From NCBI GenBank assembly GCA_030704615.1, contig CM060733.1, positions 46,686,001 to 46,750,000 of the forward strand: a stretch of DNA of 64,000 nucleotides, in the 5' to 3' direction. This document shows positions 50,402 to 64,000 of the stretch, in pieces; the stretch's first letter is position 1, and each line of letters begins with the position of its first letter. Below the pieces are notes generated by a model that saw nothing but the letters and a program-made list of their open reading frames with translations, was not told where the DNA came from and did no database searches. Position numbers and translations under genes: made by a program. The DNA is from Takakia lepidozioides (Eukaryota > Plantae > Bryophyta).

Positions 50402-51031
50402 GGCCCAAGTGCCTTGAGGGCGGGGGGTCGGGACACAAGAGGGGTTGCCCCTGTGATGGGGGCAGTGGCAACAATAGTACGGGGGCTGAAGCATCCTTGA
50501 GTGCCGGCACTCAAGGAGGCGGAGACACTCACTAGGTGGAGCCCCACACACCGGGTTGCGGTGGGGGTGGTTCCACGAGGGGTGATGGTAGCTTAGTGGG
50601 TCTTAGTGGGGGTGGCATATGACTCACCATGGGGCGGAGACCTTGAGGTGGGAGTCGTGGGGAGTCTTGGGACTCATCACGGTCCAATGGGGCCGTGGTG
50701 GGTGGGCCAAGGCTCACTGCGTCTTATCACCAGGAATGGAGAGTCTTCGTGGTGGTTCGCCATAAAATGACTGGGTTGTTTGTGAAACCCTCGCGGACAG
50801 TCACATAAGTATATATAGGGAGTAGTAACCCCGAGAACGGTGCAAGCCCGCTGGTGACCAAAAACTAGTGAGTAAGCGTGCGAGCCGGAAAGCGACCAAG
50901 GTGTGGGGAGCTGTTTTCGGACTGCCAACAACCAAAGGGAATTTCCACTAGGCCCAAATTGAGCGAGGGTCTGGTGGAGGAGTAAAGGGGGACTGTTATG
51001 TACTGGTGAGCAGCCAAAGCTTCGAGTTGGC
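50402..51031 (-). mobile_element. Second copy of the SINE-like element (3' tail missing)
   Basis: Reverse complement aligns with 39122-~39745 (GGCCAACT.GAAGCTT.GGCTGCTCACC...ATGGCGAACCACCACGAAGAC...GGCTCCACCTAGTGAG). Confidence 0.8.
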
Positions 51032-52063
51032 CCGACGGCCAGTTTGGGAGTTAGGCGCGCGCATCAAAGCGAATAACTATGACTTGAAGGGGAGCTTACC
51101 GAAGTGAGGTGCGCGACACAGCAGACCACAAGGTTGTAGGGCAACAAATGACCAATTACGAATAGCTCGCTCTCGGGAATGCAATATTCGTGCTCAAGCA
51201 CAAGCGACAGCTGATATATCAAAAGTCAGTTTACAAAACGCGAAGATCATTGCCAATTAGACTACTTTGCAGTTGTTTTCAATGCCTCTGGAAGCGGTTG
51301 AGGAGGAGGATATATTGCCGTGAGTACCTCATGCTGAGGAGGAGGGATGAATTGAACAAACTATGCCGTTGCATTGTGGAGGAGGAAGCTGCAGAAGCAG
51401 TAACTGCTCGCAAACGACCTCATCCGCCACCTGCCTCAGCGCCTGTCGCTACACCACGCGGCTCCAAATTACTTAGCTCTATCGCCCCCCATAATTTGCA
51501 GCTCAATCTCCGCCTGCCCCACAAGCCGCATCTCCTCCCCAACCGCCTAACAACAATATTCCGCATGCTGTGTTGAACCCAGAAGACATCGTGGACGAAA
51601 AGGACAACCCAAAGGTACTAAAAAGCTCAAATTATATGACCAGGTTGGCTCATGAAAGCCAAGGAGGCTTCAATCTGAATACCCAGTACACACAGTATTG
51701 ATTCTAGTGCAATCGCATAACAAAAATTTGTGTAATGTGTTCTAAATTAATGAATGACGCATTCATGTTCTTTTTCAAGGTGATGAAATCACTTTTGTTG
51801 CACAAATCAGCTTCATTGTACTATACTATATGTGTGATTTCCACCGACACTCGGCTAATTCTAGCTGCATTGATCTGCATTTGCTTCACCAAATCCTCTT
51901 TTGTAGGTTGTCGAAGGTAAGTGGGTTGGAAACAAGCACGAATCACTGCGCAAAACCTCTTCATATTTTGCATGGCTATGCTGGCCCCTAGCCGAACGTA
52001 CTCATCAATTGCATTATTAACCCATTGAAAATACTTTTAGAATATTTGAGCATACTACTTTTT

Positions 52064-52617
52064 GGGAGATAATAGGAATAATGTAAGAACTTAATGCACA
52101 CGTGCAACCTCTGAAATGATGGTACGCCGGTTTCCGGCATATCAAATCTTCCCCACCCTCTCTTGAGAGTGACATGGAACTGAAGGTCGAGTTGGGGTTA
52201 CACTGGGTTACACAGGTGTGTAACTCCACCCAGGGTTACACAGAATGGAGTGTAACTCCTTTCGGTGTAACTCACACTTGGTCTCGAAATTTGACTAAGT
52301 CCAAATTTGGTTAAATATAAAATGGACTAACCAGAGTTACAGAGGGTTACATTGACCAGGGTTACAATAAGCACCTCCCAACAAGAACCGAATCCGGAAC
52401 TTTGCCACTTGCAACGCTATCACCTTACCACCGGGCTATCCACCACAGCTTGCAGTCTACCTGGATTCTTAAGTATTTAACAGGAAACCGAGGTAAGAGG
52501 AGGTGGGGAAGATTTGACAGGGGCCTTGCCGGAGGAGCCCAAGGCTGCCTGAATCCGGCAAAAGTACAGTCTGATCTCACGCTTCCATTAAGTTCTTACA
52601 TTATTCCTATTGTCTTC
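52064..52617. mobile_element. Mutator-type MITE with long TIRs
   Basis: TIR GAGATAATAGGAATAATGTAAGAACTTAATG / CATTAAGTTCTTACATTATTCCTATTGTCTTC; 10-bp TSD ACTACTTTTT (52054-52063, 52618-52627). Confidence 0.8.
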
Positions 52618-55600
52618 ACTACTTTTTTATGCCAGTTAGATAGTGCCACACCCAGGTGATTCGGGGTTCAAATCCGACTACCTTGTCGGGTGTGGCCTTT
52701 GAGTCTGAGGTTAGTCTCCTGTCAGCCTCCATGGCTTAATTTTTCCCCCTCCTCTCTTATAAGGGTGAGCTGTCGCTCCCCCATTATATATATATTTTCG
52801 AAATTGGCAACAAATATCATTGGGTAGTAGGGCAGCATAATCCAAAAACCGATGCAGATCTTTGGTGCATGACAAACTCACGGAGAGTATACACTATACA
52901 CGTAGTTGTATAGAGAGGCAACCATGCCTTGAATGCGATGAGGTGAGCATAGCAGACCAGACAAATCCGGCCTGCTGGCCACTACCTACGCAGTGATCAG
53001 GCACCTCTGATGCTAGACCACAGGCTTAGCAGGTATTTAGCTGTAGCTATCCATTGAGAAGCAGGCTGCACATCCTTTACTGTGAGCAGGTACGGAAAAC
53101 TTATGGTTAAATGGGATTGGGGTGCAATTCGGTAAGGCGATTCGGTTAGGCTACCATCCTTACGACATTGTTGTTATAGTCCAGCCTGCAAGCACCACAT
53201 CTCACTCTTTTCATCACCAGTTATAACATACTGAACTTGCAGCCCCACAACTTCCTTTCTGATCCTCTCTCCTCCCCAGTTACAATTTGCACCTCCGCCC
53301 TTCATAACTGCCACCCACATTACTGCTGGCTTGTCAGTGTGTTCCCATGACTCCACCTGCTCTACAAACTCTGCACCAAAAAATCACAGTTCACCACCGT
53401 GCGTTGTCACTGCGCCATAGCCCACTCGCTGATCAGCGACGAACGACGAACGACGAGACCCCAACCCCTCCGGGATCTCGTCGGTCGTCGCTGCTCATCG
53501 ACGAACGACGACCCCAGGCTCCAGTTTCCATCGATGAATGAAAACAGTCATGTCATCCATCATCGTGGCATTGGCTAAACAAGGCCTATTGACCTGACGC
53601 ACGTGTCAAGTCAAACATACAAAGTGAGGGATTAATTACTAAATGTAGTTTACTTTTTCCTAGTCAACTTCTATTTTGTATAATAGTTTGGTACCCTTTT
53701 AAAAAAAGAAAAAGAAAAAAGTTTGATAAATTAAATTCGGCGAGGAAACCAACACGGGCTAACGTAGTTTGGACGTAACGGTCAAAAGAAAGCCACAACG
53801 ACAGCCCTCTCTCATCCGAACCTTCTGAGCAACCTGGGGCAAGCACGGACTCATTTGCAAAGTTGTTGGCCTCACCTGTCTTTGGGCAGATTCAATCCCC
53901 TCCTGCTGGCAAGGAAGTAGGGGTTACCTCTTCAGCCTCCCCAGAATTTGACAGAACAAAGATCAATTGGAGGCACATTAGAGCAGGTTCGGCAACTCGT
54001 TTCCACAGATAGACTCGTGGTTCTCTCCAGGGCAGGCAATTAGCAAGTGCTTCCCATCTTCTAGCCTCATCAGATTCGCCCTGCTATTCTCCTGCTCTCC
54101 CAGCATCCTCTATGCACCCTCACCATCCTTCTGCTTCTCTGTTCTCAGTTCTGTCCACTATCTTAGATCCAGACCTACCCGTTCCGGTTAATGGTTTCTT
54201 GTGGATCTTACCAAGGTCTTCAAGGTTTTAGATAAGGCATCGAGTCCCTGTGGGTTCAAAATGCAGTTCACTCGAGAGTCCATCTTGGTTATGGTCCTAG
54301 ACCTATCCTGCACGGTCCTCACTGTGTTATGCCGTATGGCAGCCTGCAGGCATTTAAAGGGTTTTAATTTTTTTCCCTTAAATAATCATTTAATAAAGTT
54401 CTCAGGGCTCCGTCCCTGTTCCGTCAAAAAAAAAAAAAAGTTTGGACTTGACGTAGTCAACAAAAAAAGTAAAGCAGATAAATAGAAATATAAAATTGGA
54501 ATTGATATTTCAGAGTCCAGACCGAGTCAATTCCGGAAGGCGAATGGTGGATGGGGAACTGATAGATCTACCCATCCACATACGGGCCCATCCATCCGAG
54601 GGGCCATTAAAAGTAGAGTTAGTTATTGGGGGGTGCGTACGGCGGATGATGAATGTACGACGAAAGTGGGGGAGTAGGTGGCAAGGCAAGCACATCCAAT
54701 ATCCAGTGGAATATAGGGCCATGTGTCGGCGCCTAAGCGACCGGCGCTTCCTCGAATAATTTACCTCTCCCCACGTGCCAGCCCAGCAGGGGCAGACCAG
54801 AATTTACTGAGTACCCGGTAAGGGACACGTGGCGGAGGGGGTGTGGGGGATGGAGAGGTAGAGGAGGGCAGGGATTGGAGGAAAGGGGAGGCAGGCTGAA
54901 AGGTTTTTATCCCGGGTCGTGCAGGGCGTGTGGACTGTTCTTACCGCGGCAGCTGCTCTCTCTGTCTCTCTTTCTCTCTCTCGTTCTCTCGCGCTCATCG
55001 TCTGTCGAGGGGCGCAACGTGCACTTGATCGTCCGCTCGCTGCTCTGCTGCCGAGGGCTGGATCTCCCATGGTGTCGCTGGTGTGTTAGGAGGTAGAACT
55101 GGTTGCAGGAGAATTTAGTAGTGGAAGAGTTGCGGCTGCGTGCGTTCTGGTGCCTTGTTGTTCGGTCGTGGCTTGGCTGTGAAGAGCGGCCGTGGTTTAA
55201 TCGGGTCTTGCAAGGCCCGCCTGAGTGTGTGGAAGCTTTTCTGTTATCTGGCTGTGCGTTTGTGGCTTTGAGATCCGAAAGTTTCGTTGATCCTTTTCGA
55301 GGTCTTATAATTCAAGACCTGGCAGGGCGATAACGTGCTCTGGCCTCTGGCGAGGTGTGTAATTCTTCTACTTCGTCCGGATCTCTGTTGCATTTCGGAA
55401 AGTTTTTGTCATGGTCATAGAGCAATCTGAGAACCTACACAGATCGATCGTGCAATATTGCTCGGAAAGATGCGGTATGTGCTGCCATGTATTGTGTTTG
55501 TCCTTTTTCTGGAGTAGCGATTGTTCTTGTCTCCGATTTGTTTGTGAGTCGTGGCCGACCATATGCATCTGCTGTTTATTATGGAATTAGAACATGCCTT

Positions 55601-56855
55601 TTGGCAGAACCTAGGAAAGACTTCCCTTCAAGTTGTTATATGTGAATATGATTCAAGAATCACGTTTCCGGTGTATTTGATCCATGTTGAGATGATCTGC
55701 GACTCATGTTTGCCATATCTTGAATTTCGTTGTTTCATGGGTGTATTTGCCCGTCAGATGGCAATGGTAGTGTAATATGCTTAGGGTCTTTTGTTGTGTC
55801 AATTTACCTACGAGAAGAGGTCATCGGCGTACTTTCTCTTACTGGCCTTGATGAGTTTTGTCTGCCAGTCACATCGAGTACTAAGTATAGAGCAGTTGCC
55901 TTCTTGCTTTAGTTGCCACAGATTATGGAAGCATATGAGATTCTCTCTATTCAACTCGATTTTCTCCATGGATTTGACTTCTCTTTCATGTATGTAATGT
56001 TAAGCCTTCAGTGAGCCTTGGCCTCGCAGTTCCAGGCCCTTGTGTCTTTGGGATCAGTAACAGCTCACTCCAACTATACTACCATATCGCCTGCCCTCAC
56101 CCAGTTCGTAGGAGATTTTCCCATTGGGCACCTTTGTCCACATTTAATGTATGAGTTGTGGCCTCAGTTGAGTTTCCTCTGGAGTTGATGCACTTGATTT
56201 TCACCAATCAAATTAAACTTAGGAGGTTCTCTTCTGGACGTTGTAAGACACTAATGATTATGATTGAGAGTGGTAACACATACTAGCAGGTTTGTAAGTA
56301 CTTGCCCAGCATGTCACAGGGACTATGTTGGTTTCTTAATGATGTAGGGGAGAAGGATGTTCATGTTGTTCTGGTGACTAAGTTGTGTGGTGTGGATTGC
56401 AGCCAGGGTTCCTTGTGTCCAGAGGCAACTCGTTCGTCAGAGCAGAAACGCAGGAGATGTTGCAGATGGTTAAGATTATGGCACTGCAGCCCCCTCCCTG
56501 GTTACGTCTTGAGGCCACTGCGTCACTAATAGCAGTGGAGCAGAAAAGGGATATGACCGAAATTCGGTGATGCGAGGCAGTGGTGTGCAGCGGTGATCTC
56601 CGCTGCCCTGATCAAGCTAGCAATTCCTCTAAAGTGGGCAACCTCTTTGGAGGTTAATGGCAGCCCTTTATGAGGAGACCAGAGTGTATACCCATGGGTT
56701 TTCAGTAGGAGACACTTCTTCGGACATGTTACTGTTCCAAGTTTGGAGATGGAAGGAGTGCCACAGTTTAGAGCATTGTGTGCAGCAAGCGGATCATTGT
56801 CTGTTTACTAAGAAAATTCCGTCCTGCTGAAGGCTTATCTTTCTGCGCACCAGCC

Positions 56856-59800
56856 ATGGATCGGTATGTTCTCATCAATGAGTTTAGTTTCTTGAGGGGG
56901 ATAATATGCATTGAACCATGTGTGAGTCAGAGTACAGGGTTTGTTGCTGCAATGAAGTCTTCTCCATGTGGAATTGCTGTGGTTGCTCCCATGTTTTGAT
57001 GTGGTATAGGTTGCCGTTTTCAGGTACAAGGTTATTAAGCAGTTGGGCGATGGCACTTATGGGAGTGTCTGGAAGGCCATCAATAACCAGACAAACGAGA
57101 TCGTTGCAATAAAGAAGATGAAGAGGAAGTTTTACTCGTGGGATGAGTGCATGAATCTGAGAGAAGTTAAGGTAGTTGCTTGTTCCTGGGTTCCCTGCTG
57201 CCCCGGTGCCAAAGTGTGTCTGGCTGATAGTGCGACGAGTTCCATCGGTGACTAGTTCACTGATGAAATAATATTTGCTTTCATTGAGTAGTGTTTGTCA
57301 TCATGTGGTGGTGGCTTAGATTTCATGTTTTACCTCCAATTTCACTGACTGCTTTTCATCATATGGTAGAGCGCTTACAATCCTTCGTGTTTTGAACAGT
57401 CCCCCAGAAGTTGAATCACCCTTCTCTAATATTGTGAAGCTGAAGGAGCTTATACGAGTAAATTTATGCTTTGTTTTTAAGCATACTATGAGTATGCCTT
57501 ATTCAGTGTGGATCATATGTGTACTTGGTTGCTTTGAGCAGTCTCTTCGGAAGTTGAATCATCCAAATATTGTGAAGCTGAAGGAGGTCATCAGAGAAAA
57601 TGATGAATTGTATTTTGTGTTTGAGTATATGGTAAGTTATGGCAAGCTCGACACACGCATGTTGGTGTATTACAGTCCTCATACTTTTTCTTGTCAAGCA
57701 GGAGGTGTACATCACACTCCATGGGATTGTTTTTCGCAGTAGTCCAATGCCCTGTTTTCACACAAAGTTTGAATGAGAAGGCTTGAATTATAAATTAGGG
57801 TTGCAGTTCTGAGAACATCTGTGCATCGTGTATAACTGCTTGAACAAACAATGGTGGTTGTTTGGGTTCTGGTTGAATGCAAGGTTTTATTGTGCCTGAT
57901 GGATTGTGCACTTTGCTTGTTGCAGGAGTGCAATCTATACCAGTTGATGAAAGACAAAGATAAACTATTTTCCGAAGCAAAAGTACGAAATTGGTGTTTT
58001 CAAGTGTTGCAGGCGCTTGCTTACATGCATAAGCATGGCTATTTTCATCGGGACTTAAAGCCAGGTAACCTTCTCCCCATATGTGTTGGGAATGGTGATC
58101 TGGTACTGTTTGATTGCTAATTGAAGATGGTTTGTTACACTGTGATGATGCTACGAGGTCTTTTAGGTTAACCTTTTATTCTGATCATGAAGTACCATCT
58201 TTGCCAGATGGTCCAAACTCTCAATGAAGGGATTGCATTGGAACTTTAACTACAGACACCCGAAAGACTCCATGTTACTTCTCCCATTTGGGCTTGTGGT
58301 TAGAGGTCTTGTCCCATCTCGGTGGTGAGCTTTGATGAGTTTCAGTTTGAGCTTGAGCTAATGTCAATATGGAGCGTTTTGTTGAATATGGCTTTATTTG
58401 GGATTCCCTTGAATTCTTTTGCAGAGAATCTGTTGGTAACCAAGGAAGTCATCAAGGTTGCTGATTTTGGTCTTGCAAGGGAGGTTCGCTCACGTCCACC
58501 GTATACGGACTATGTCTCCACACGCTGGTATGTAGAAAGATTCAATGCAAACTTTTGTCTTTTGTATTGCAAGGAGTTGTGCAGTGGCCAGTTCCAGCAA
58601 GTTGAGTCCTCGTGTTGACACTGTTTTGTAACATGCCTAGTTAATATTCTCTTAAGGGCTAATTCTGGTGGTTGGAACCTGCTGGTATCCTGTGCCAGGT
58701 ATCGTGCACCAGAAGTTCTGCTGCAGTCCTCTTGCTATAGTGCAGCTATTGGTACAGTTTGAACTTTCTTGCGTGCTTCAAAGAATAAATGCTGAGAAGT
58801 AGGGTGTATTTGTTACCTACCAGTATCTAGTGCATCTTCAAGAAGAGGTGGCCAGATGTTTGGAGAGGGAGATCTTCACTGACAGATGCTTGTCTTTTGG
58901 TGAGATAATTCGTTGTTGGGGTGTGCATCACACCATGGGGGCTAATATGCTTGGCAGGTTACTTCAAAGTTTGTATGGTGTCCATGTTGTCTTACATATC
59001 AAGTAACCACAGATCATCATCATGTGGCACTTTGGGTACGGGAACTGCCGGCCTGTCACTAGACACCTTTGTCTAGCAGTGGACCTGGGACTTAAGCTGT
59101 TGTCAGGATAGCTTAGATTGTCCTTGCAGCACCTTGTGCTTCTTAAAATCTTGCCTGTTGTCTGTCCTGCACAGACATGTGGGCCATGGGAGCAATAATG
59201 GCAGAACTGTTCACACTCCGCCCACTTTTTCCGGGTGCAAGGTACGTAGGCTAGCTTTGATCTGCGATGTGACATGTTGACACATAAGCAGTTTTGGTGG
59301 AAGTTGTGCTCAAGTGGACTCCTTTATATGGGTGTGATGTTGTTCATAATGCTGTTAGTTGCAGCTTTTTCTGTAGTTTTCCTCATGCTTCAAATTGTGG
59401 CTGGAATGTGCTGATGACAGTGAGGCAGATGAAATCTACAAGATTTGCAGTGTAATTGGCACACCAAATCACCAGACATGGTCTGATGGTTTAAAGCTTG
59501 CAGCTTCCATGAACTTCCGTTTTCCTCAGGTACATACACCAGGGCCCTAGCTGAGCTTGGGATATGTAGGCACATTCTGTCTCGTCTTCATTTTGGAAAA
59601 GTTGTATGTTAGTAGTGGGCATGTCTTGTAGGTGACATGTTTTGATAAGCTGTGGAACCAGTGTTTCTTGATCTGGCGAAAATCGCCAGATTTCGACCTG
59701 GAAAATGGGTCAGCTACTTTTACTAAGGAATTATGGGAATGAAAATCAAGAAAATCGCCAGAAAGCGCCAAAGGTTAAATACCAGGAGCCAGATTTGTCC

Positions 59801-62516
59801 TACGTGGACCTGTTAAAATATGACTCCTGTAATATATCCTCTTTTCTAGCTGTCACCTCATTATTCTTGCCACATGGGCGTTGGGTAGAATCTACATGTC
59901 GCCCTGCCTGCGATTTTGGAAAAGTAAAAAAAAACATAGTGTGGAACCGACAGCTAAGGGCAGTTAATGTGACTACTTCCTTTGAAAGTCTATCACATAT
60001 GGTATCTACAAAGTCTAGACAAAGTTGATGTCGTGATTGTAGATCGGGTGCAGTTCAGATGTCAAACACAGGTAACACTGCAGTTGTGGTCCTTAGTGTG
60101 ATAACAAATGCTCAAATATTATGTATGTGGGGCTGTCTTCACAGTTTTCTTCAACTCATCTTTCTGTTCTGATACCATCTGCAAGCCCTGAAGCTATTGA
60201 TCTCATGTCGGTATGCATTCTAAACTAAAGACTAGCAGATTTCAATTGGTGAAAGTGGAGATTGTTTTTACAAAGTTTGGCATGGGTGAAACCTATGATG
60301 GCTGTAGAAGGGCCATGGATTATTGCCATCTAATAAGTAATGTTGAGGTGTTGGACTAGGTTCCTAAGTTAAGATTCGTCAGTCAATTGTTGTCAAATTG
60401 AGGAGTTAATTTTATCTGTGCAAAATGTGGAGGACAGTGTGACTGGTGTAACTTTAAATTCATCTGTTGTATGTGGAAGAGGATGCTGGGAGAGGAAGTG
60501 AGAAAGAGAGTTGGTTCTAATATACTGAAGGTGATGTGAAGGCCATGTGTGCATGGGATCCCAGCAAGAGGCCAACTGCATCGCAGTCTCTGCAGCATCC
60601 ATTCTTTCAGGTATAGTAATAGAAGTATCTTATGTTTGAATCAGAATATAATAAGCATTTTATTTCAAGGATGCAATTTGGGACTGTTTTGTACATATGT
60701 ACAGCTGTACAAAGTGGAAGGCGTTACTATTGTGTTAATACTTCAAATTTTGGCAGGTGGGCATGTGTATTCCACCTTCTATTTCGCGTCGGGAGTTGGT
60801 GCAACCCAAGACCTATGCTCCGACAGGTCGGTTAACCTTGGATATTGAGCAGCGTTAACCAGTTCCACCCAATTCATGCCAGAAGAAAATTATTTAACTT
60901 TTTGGTTTTCAAGGACATTGTTGATTTTGATGATCTGTTGTTACAAGATCCGTCGTACTGCTATCACATTGCCGTGAATTCTCAAGATTGATCTCTAAAA
61001 GGGGGTTAGTGTTGTTAATTCGGTAAAGTTTCTGAAGCTTGTGTCAATTGGCCTGAAGCCCTTGATGATGTTGCAGTTCTGGAGGCCAAAATTCACCAGG
61101 AGAAGGACAGTCTTGGGCGGGCAGGAGGAGAGTCTTTGTTGGAGCCTCTGGTGGGGTTGCCTACAACAGACAAATACAGCAACTTGTTTTCAGGTCAGTT
61201 GTCTTACAGACAGAAGCACATATTCATATCCTGAAGCAATGCTGTATTCTCTATCTGATGTACGTGTTCTGATTTTTGTGGTTTAAAGATTGGTAGCTCA
61301 ACTTTGGCTGAAGATCAATACAGACAGATGGCGTGGGGATTTTTGTTTCCTTTTGGACTAACAAGATGATGTGCTTGGACACATGCAGGGATAAGTCAAG
61401 GGAAGTTGAATGGAACAAAGCAGGTAATGCTCTATTCTGCACACCAAAGTCTTGGCACACACGTGAGAGCTCTTGCTCGTTTTGCATGGCCCTCTCCCGT
61501 TGCTATGATGTCTCATCCTCCATAGCCTCCAGCTTCTCCTGCATCTTCTTCAGCACACCAGTAGTGCCCACTGCCACTCTCTTCATCTGCTCCACGCGTG
61601 TCCACAGTCTGGCTACCTGCTGCGACTTTGATCTCATTTATTACCTTGGTTGGGATGAAGATGATGGACTGTTACCTGCTTTGTACATTGTGGACTACTT
61701 ACAGCCTTCTGTGCAACCCCTTGATGTTGCAGGATGTGAGCAGTAATTTGAGGCAGGCGCGTTATCGACCTATGGTTAGTTCACCAGGTGTGTATCACAT
61801 TGAGGGTTTGGAATCAGTATTCTGCCGATGTGAAGTGTTGACAACTTCGCAACTACAGTGTTTTGTATCAGCTCGGTAGCTACTGGTTTGGTCTGGCTGT
61901 GTCATGATCACTCCTATGGAAGGAAAAATAGAATGGAAGGTTTTAGACACTAGTGATAGATGATAAGGTATTATAATCTAAAGTAGTGATCTGTGTCGTC
62001 TGGCTTTTAGCACACTTCTAACTTACTTTTTTTGGTCTGTGAAGCTGCAATTCTCCCGCCACTGGTCTCTCCTGGGCCTGGTGCGGGTGTTGTGCATATG
62101 AAAACAACCATCCCCATGTTTCCAACAAGGTATTACTCCTTATAATCATATATTTGGATGGATTTACGAGGTAGTAGAGGATTCTTGGCTCAATCTATTG
62201 ATCAGGTTATGGGTTGTTCGTAGTAGTCTGTGTTTCTTTGCAACAAGCTCACGTTAAGGTGCATGAGTCCTGTGCATTGGAACTATTTATGAGTTGTTTC
62301 TGATGTTGCAGGCAAGTTGTTCAACCAACTGTGACGGTACCACCGTCCAACTCTATTCCGCATCCGGCTTCCCAGTTTGGCCTCCGGGGAACCTACAATG
62401 AGTTTCTGCCGGTGCCAGCCACAGTGACTTCAAACTATGGGCGTGGCTATACCCCAGCAAACACTTTCCGCTATGATAGCCGCGTGGGTGCAGGGGGGTC
62501 AAACCGTCGCTATTAA
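56856..62516 (+). CDS. MHK: MAK/MHK-like (CDKF-4-like) Ser/Thr protein kinase
   Basis: MDR|[27 protein letters not shown] (57024-57171), [18 protein letters not shown] (57542-57631), YFHRDLKP (57926-58064), [25 protein letters not shown] (58425-58527), [33 protein letters not shown] (60542-60611); last exon ends with TAA at 62516. Confidence 0.9.
57400..57488 (+). pseudogene. Degenerate tandem duplicate of kinase exon 3
   Basis: AG|TCCCCCAGAAGTTGAATCACCC..AATATTGTGAAGCTGAAGGAGCTTATACGAG matches 57542-57631; frameshifted, and the donor site reads ATGAGT. Confidence 0.75.
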
Positions 62517-63723
62517 GCGCCGTCGGGAGGAAAGTGGTGTCAAGCCTACTCTGCCTTCCTGGGCTTTTAGGCGCCTACGTTGTCGAGGGTGAGATGTGTC
62601 AGAGGAGTTTCATCTTCCCGATTGATAGAAGCAGAGAGTGTTGAAGGGGGATAGGGAGAGCAAAGTTGTTGGGAAATTGCTAGTGTCTTGCGAGTTCTGG
62701 GTGTGGGAGGGTGAGAGGTGCACACATCTAACCTAGCGTCCATTAGGGGAGCTGGTCATATAAGTTGCAGGGTGGCTTTGGTGTAGTGGGGTGCTCCTTG
62801 TGTTGGACAATATCAGCTACGAGGCTTTGAGTTGGGTATCTGGTGAAAGATGATGAAGATATGATGAAGATATGCGCAGAAGAAAGTTACAACAGCAGTG
62901 AGGTTTTGAGTGGGCTTGTATTTTGTGTTGACGCACCAGTGTGCATGCATATGGTTTTTTGAAGTGTCTAGTTGGTGCAGGGGAAGTATTACCTCTTCTG
63001 TGAACCTTCATGTTGCGGACATAATGATCCCTAGTAATGATATATAAAGAGCTTCGGAAAATCGTTGTGGAATGTTTAACCTTTTTCCAATGCTGGTTGA
63101 ACATTCAGTGTGGCCCTAGTAAAAAGGCTAGACCCCAGCAAGTGAATATGGTTTGGAGGGAGGGAGCAGAGAACAGAAATTGGAATGACATGAGAGAGAA
63201 GCAGTTTATTGTTGTGCCCAGATGACAATCGATCCTGCACGAGACGGTGACTCAGTGCAATCCCTCACACCTGCTAAACATCCCCGAATGTTTTACTTAG
63301 TAACCTTGCATAGCACATAGACTGAATGACAGGGAGTTTGAGTTGAAACTGTGAGTATCCAAGCAGCATTTTTGTTTTACTGTACAGACTTTCCAAGGTG
63401 GCTATGGGAGCGAGGATGTCATAGCCAATCTACCTAACCCTCTCCCCAGGACTGGCTATAAGCAGTAGCATGCAATTATGGTGGGTTGCATAATGCTAGA
63501 AGTTTTCAACTGGTTGATTATGGCTGTGAATTGTATCAGGTGAAGTTAACTATCAAGGCAACTTGCCTAAAGTTAGAATTGTAAACTTGGTTACCTTGCA
63601 ATGCTCACTGTGAAATCTGACTCTTGTTAGTCCCTTAAACTCTTTAAATTTGGGGATGCTCTGTAGCATTGATACATTAGTAGCCCGTCTCGGGATTTCG
63701 ATAAAACGCTGTACACACACATA

Positions 63724-64000
63724 TTATGATCTTCCCTTTGCAAAGACATGCATACATGGTTTTGGCCTGCTTGGATATGCCTCTGAATTTTGTGTGGCCT
63801 CATGGTAATGAAGCCGGTTGGGTAGTCGGGTCGGGTGGCCTTGGATATGGATCAGTTTGTTCACGCCAGCAGACCTTGCTCTTGACATGGCCATAGCAAG
63901 CCCCATCGCCCCAAAGCCACACACCACACTGCAAGAGTCACCACTACCTTTGCCTTTGAGAGCTTGGGTCACAGTGGTCACCACCGTGTCACAAGCTTCA
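63724..64000 (-). other. Possible 3' coding end of a neighbouring gene
   Basis: Open frame entering from the right edge; no recognisable motif. Confidence 0.25.

Noticed and set aside
53775-54440. Retroposed fragment ending in AATAAA plus poly(A)
   Set aside because: Plausible, but no recognisable coding motif or clear TSD
59660-60080. hAT-like MITE (CAGTGTT...AACACTG) in a kinase intron
   Set aside because: Very short terminal match and no target site duplication

Overview
Intron-rich plant nuclear DNA; gene structure and TE types suggest a non-seed land plant such as a moss (inference). There are three host genes: a partial CCAR1/RSA1-like gene (- strand, runs off the left edge), a divergently transcribed EMB2654-like P-type PPR gene (+, ~8.4-18.5 kb) and a MAK/MHK-like kinase (+, 56.9-62.5 kb). 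Between the last two lies a ~32-kb nest of decayed transposons. The main finding is a 13.1-kb Mutator-like DNA transposon (25943-39034, 9-bp TSD) inserted in a Ty3 pol gene. Besides a DDE-SWIM transposase, it carries a divergent spliced gene encoding a ParB/sulfiredoxin-like domain (VWDGNHR) fused to a beta-class N4/N6 DNA methyltransferase. It also carries ~29 copies of a 26-bp palindrome (TTAAGATGTCGT-CA/TG-ACGACATCTTAA), found only in that gene's introns and downstream of the transposase. A second, unrelated TE-borne methylase is a C5 cytosine DNMT domain just upstream of a Ty3 reverse transcriptase, split by a 1.15-kb CACTA insertion. Both copies here are pseudogenised. Exon boundaries were read by eye and may be off by a few bases; no database searches were run.
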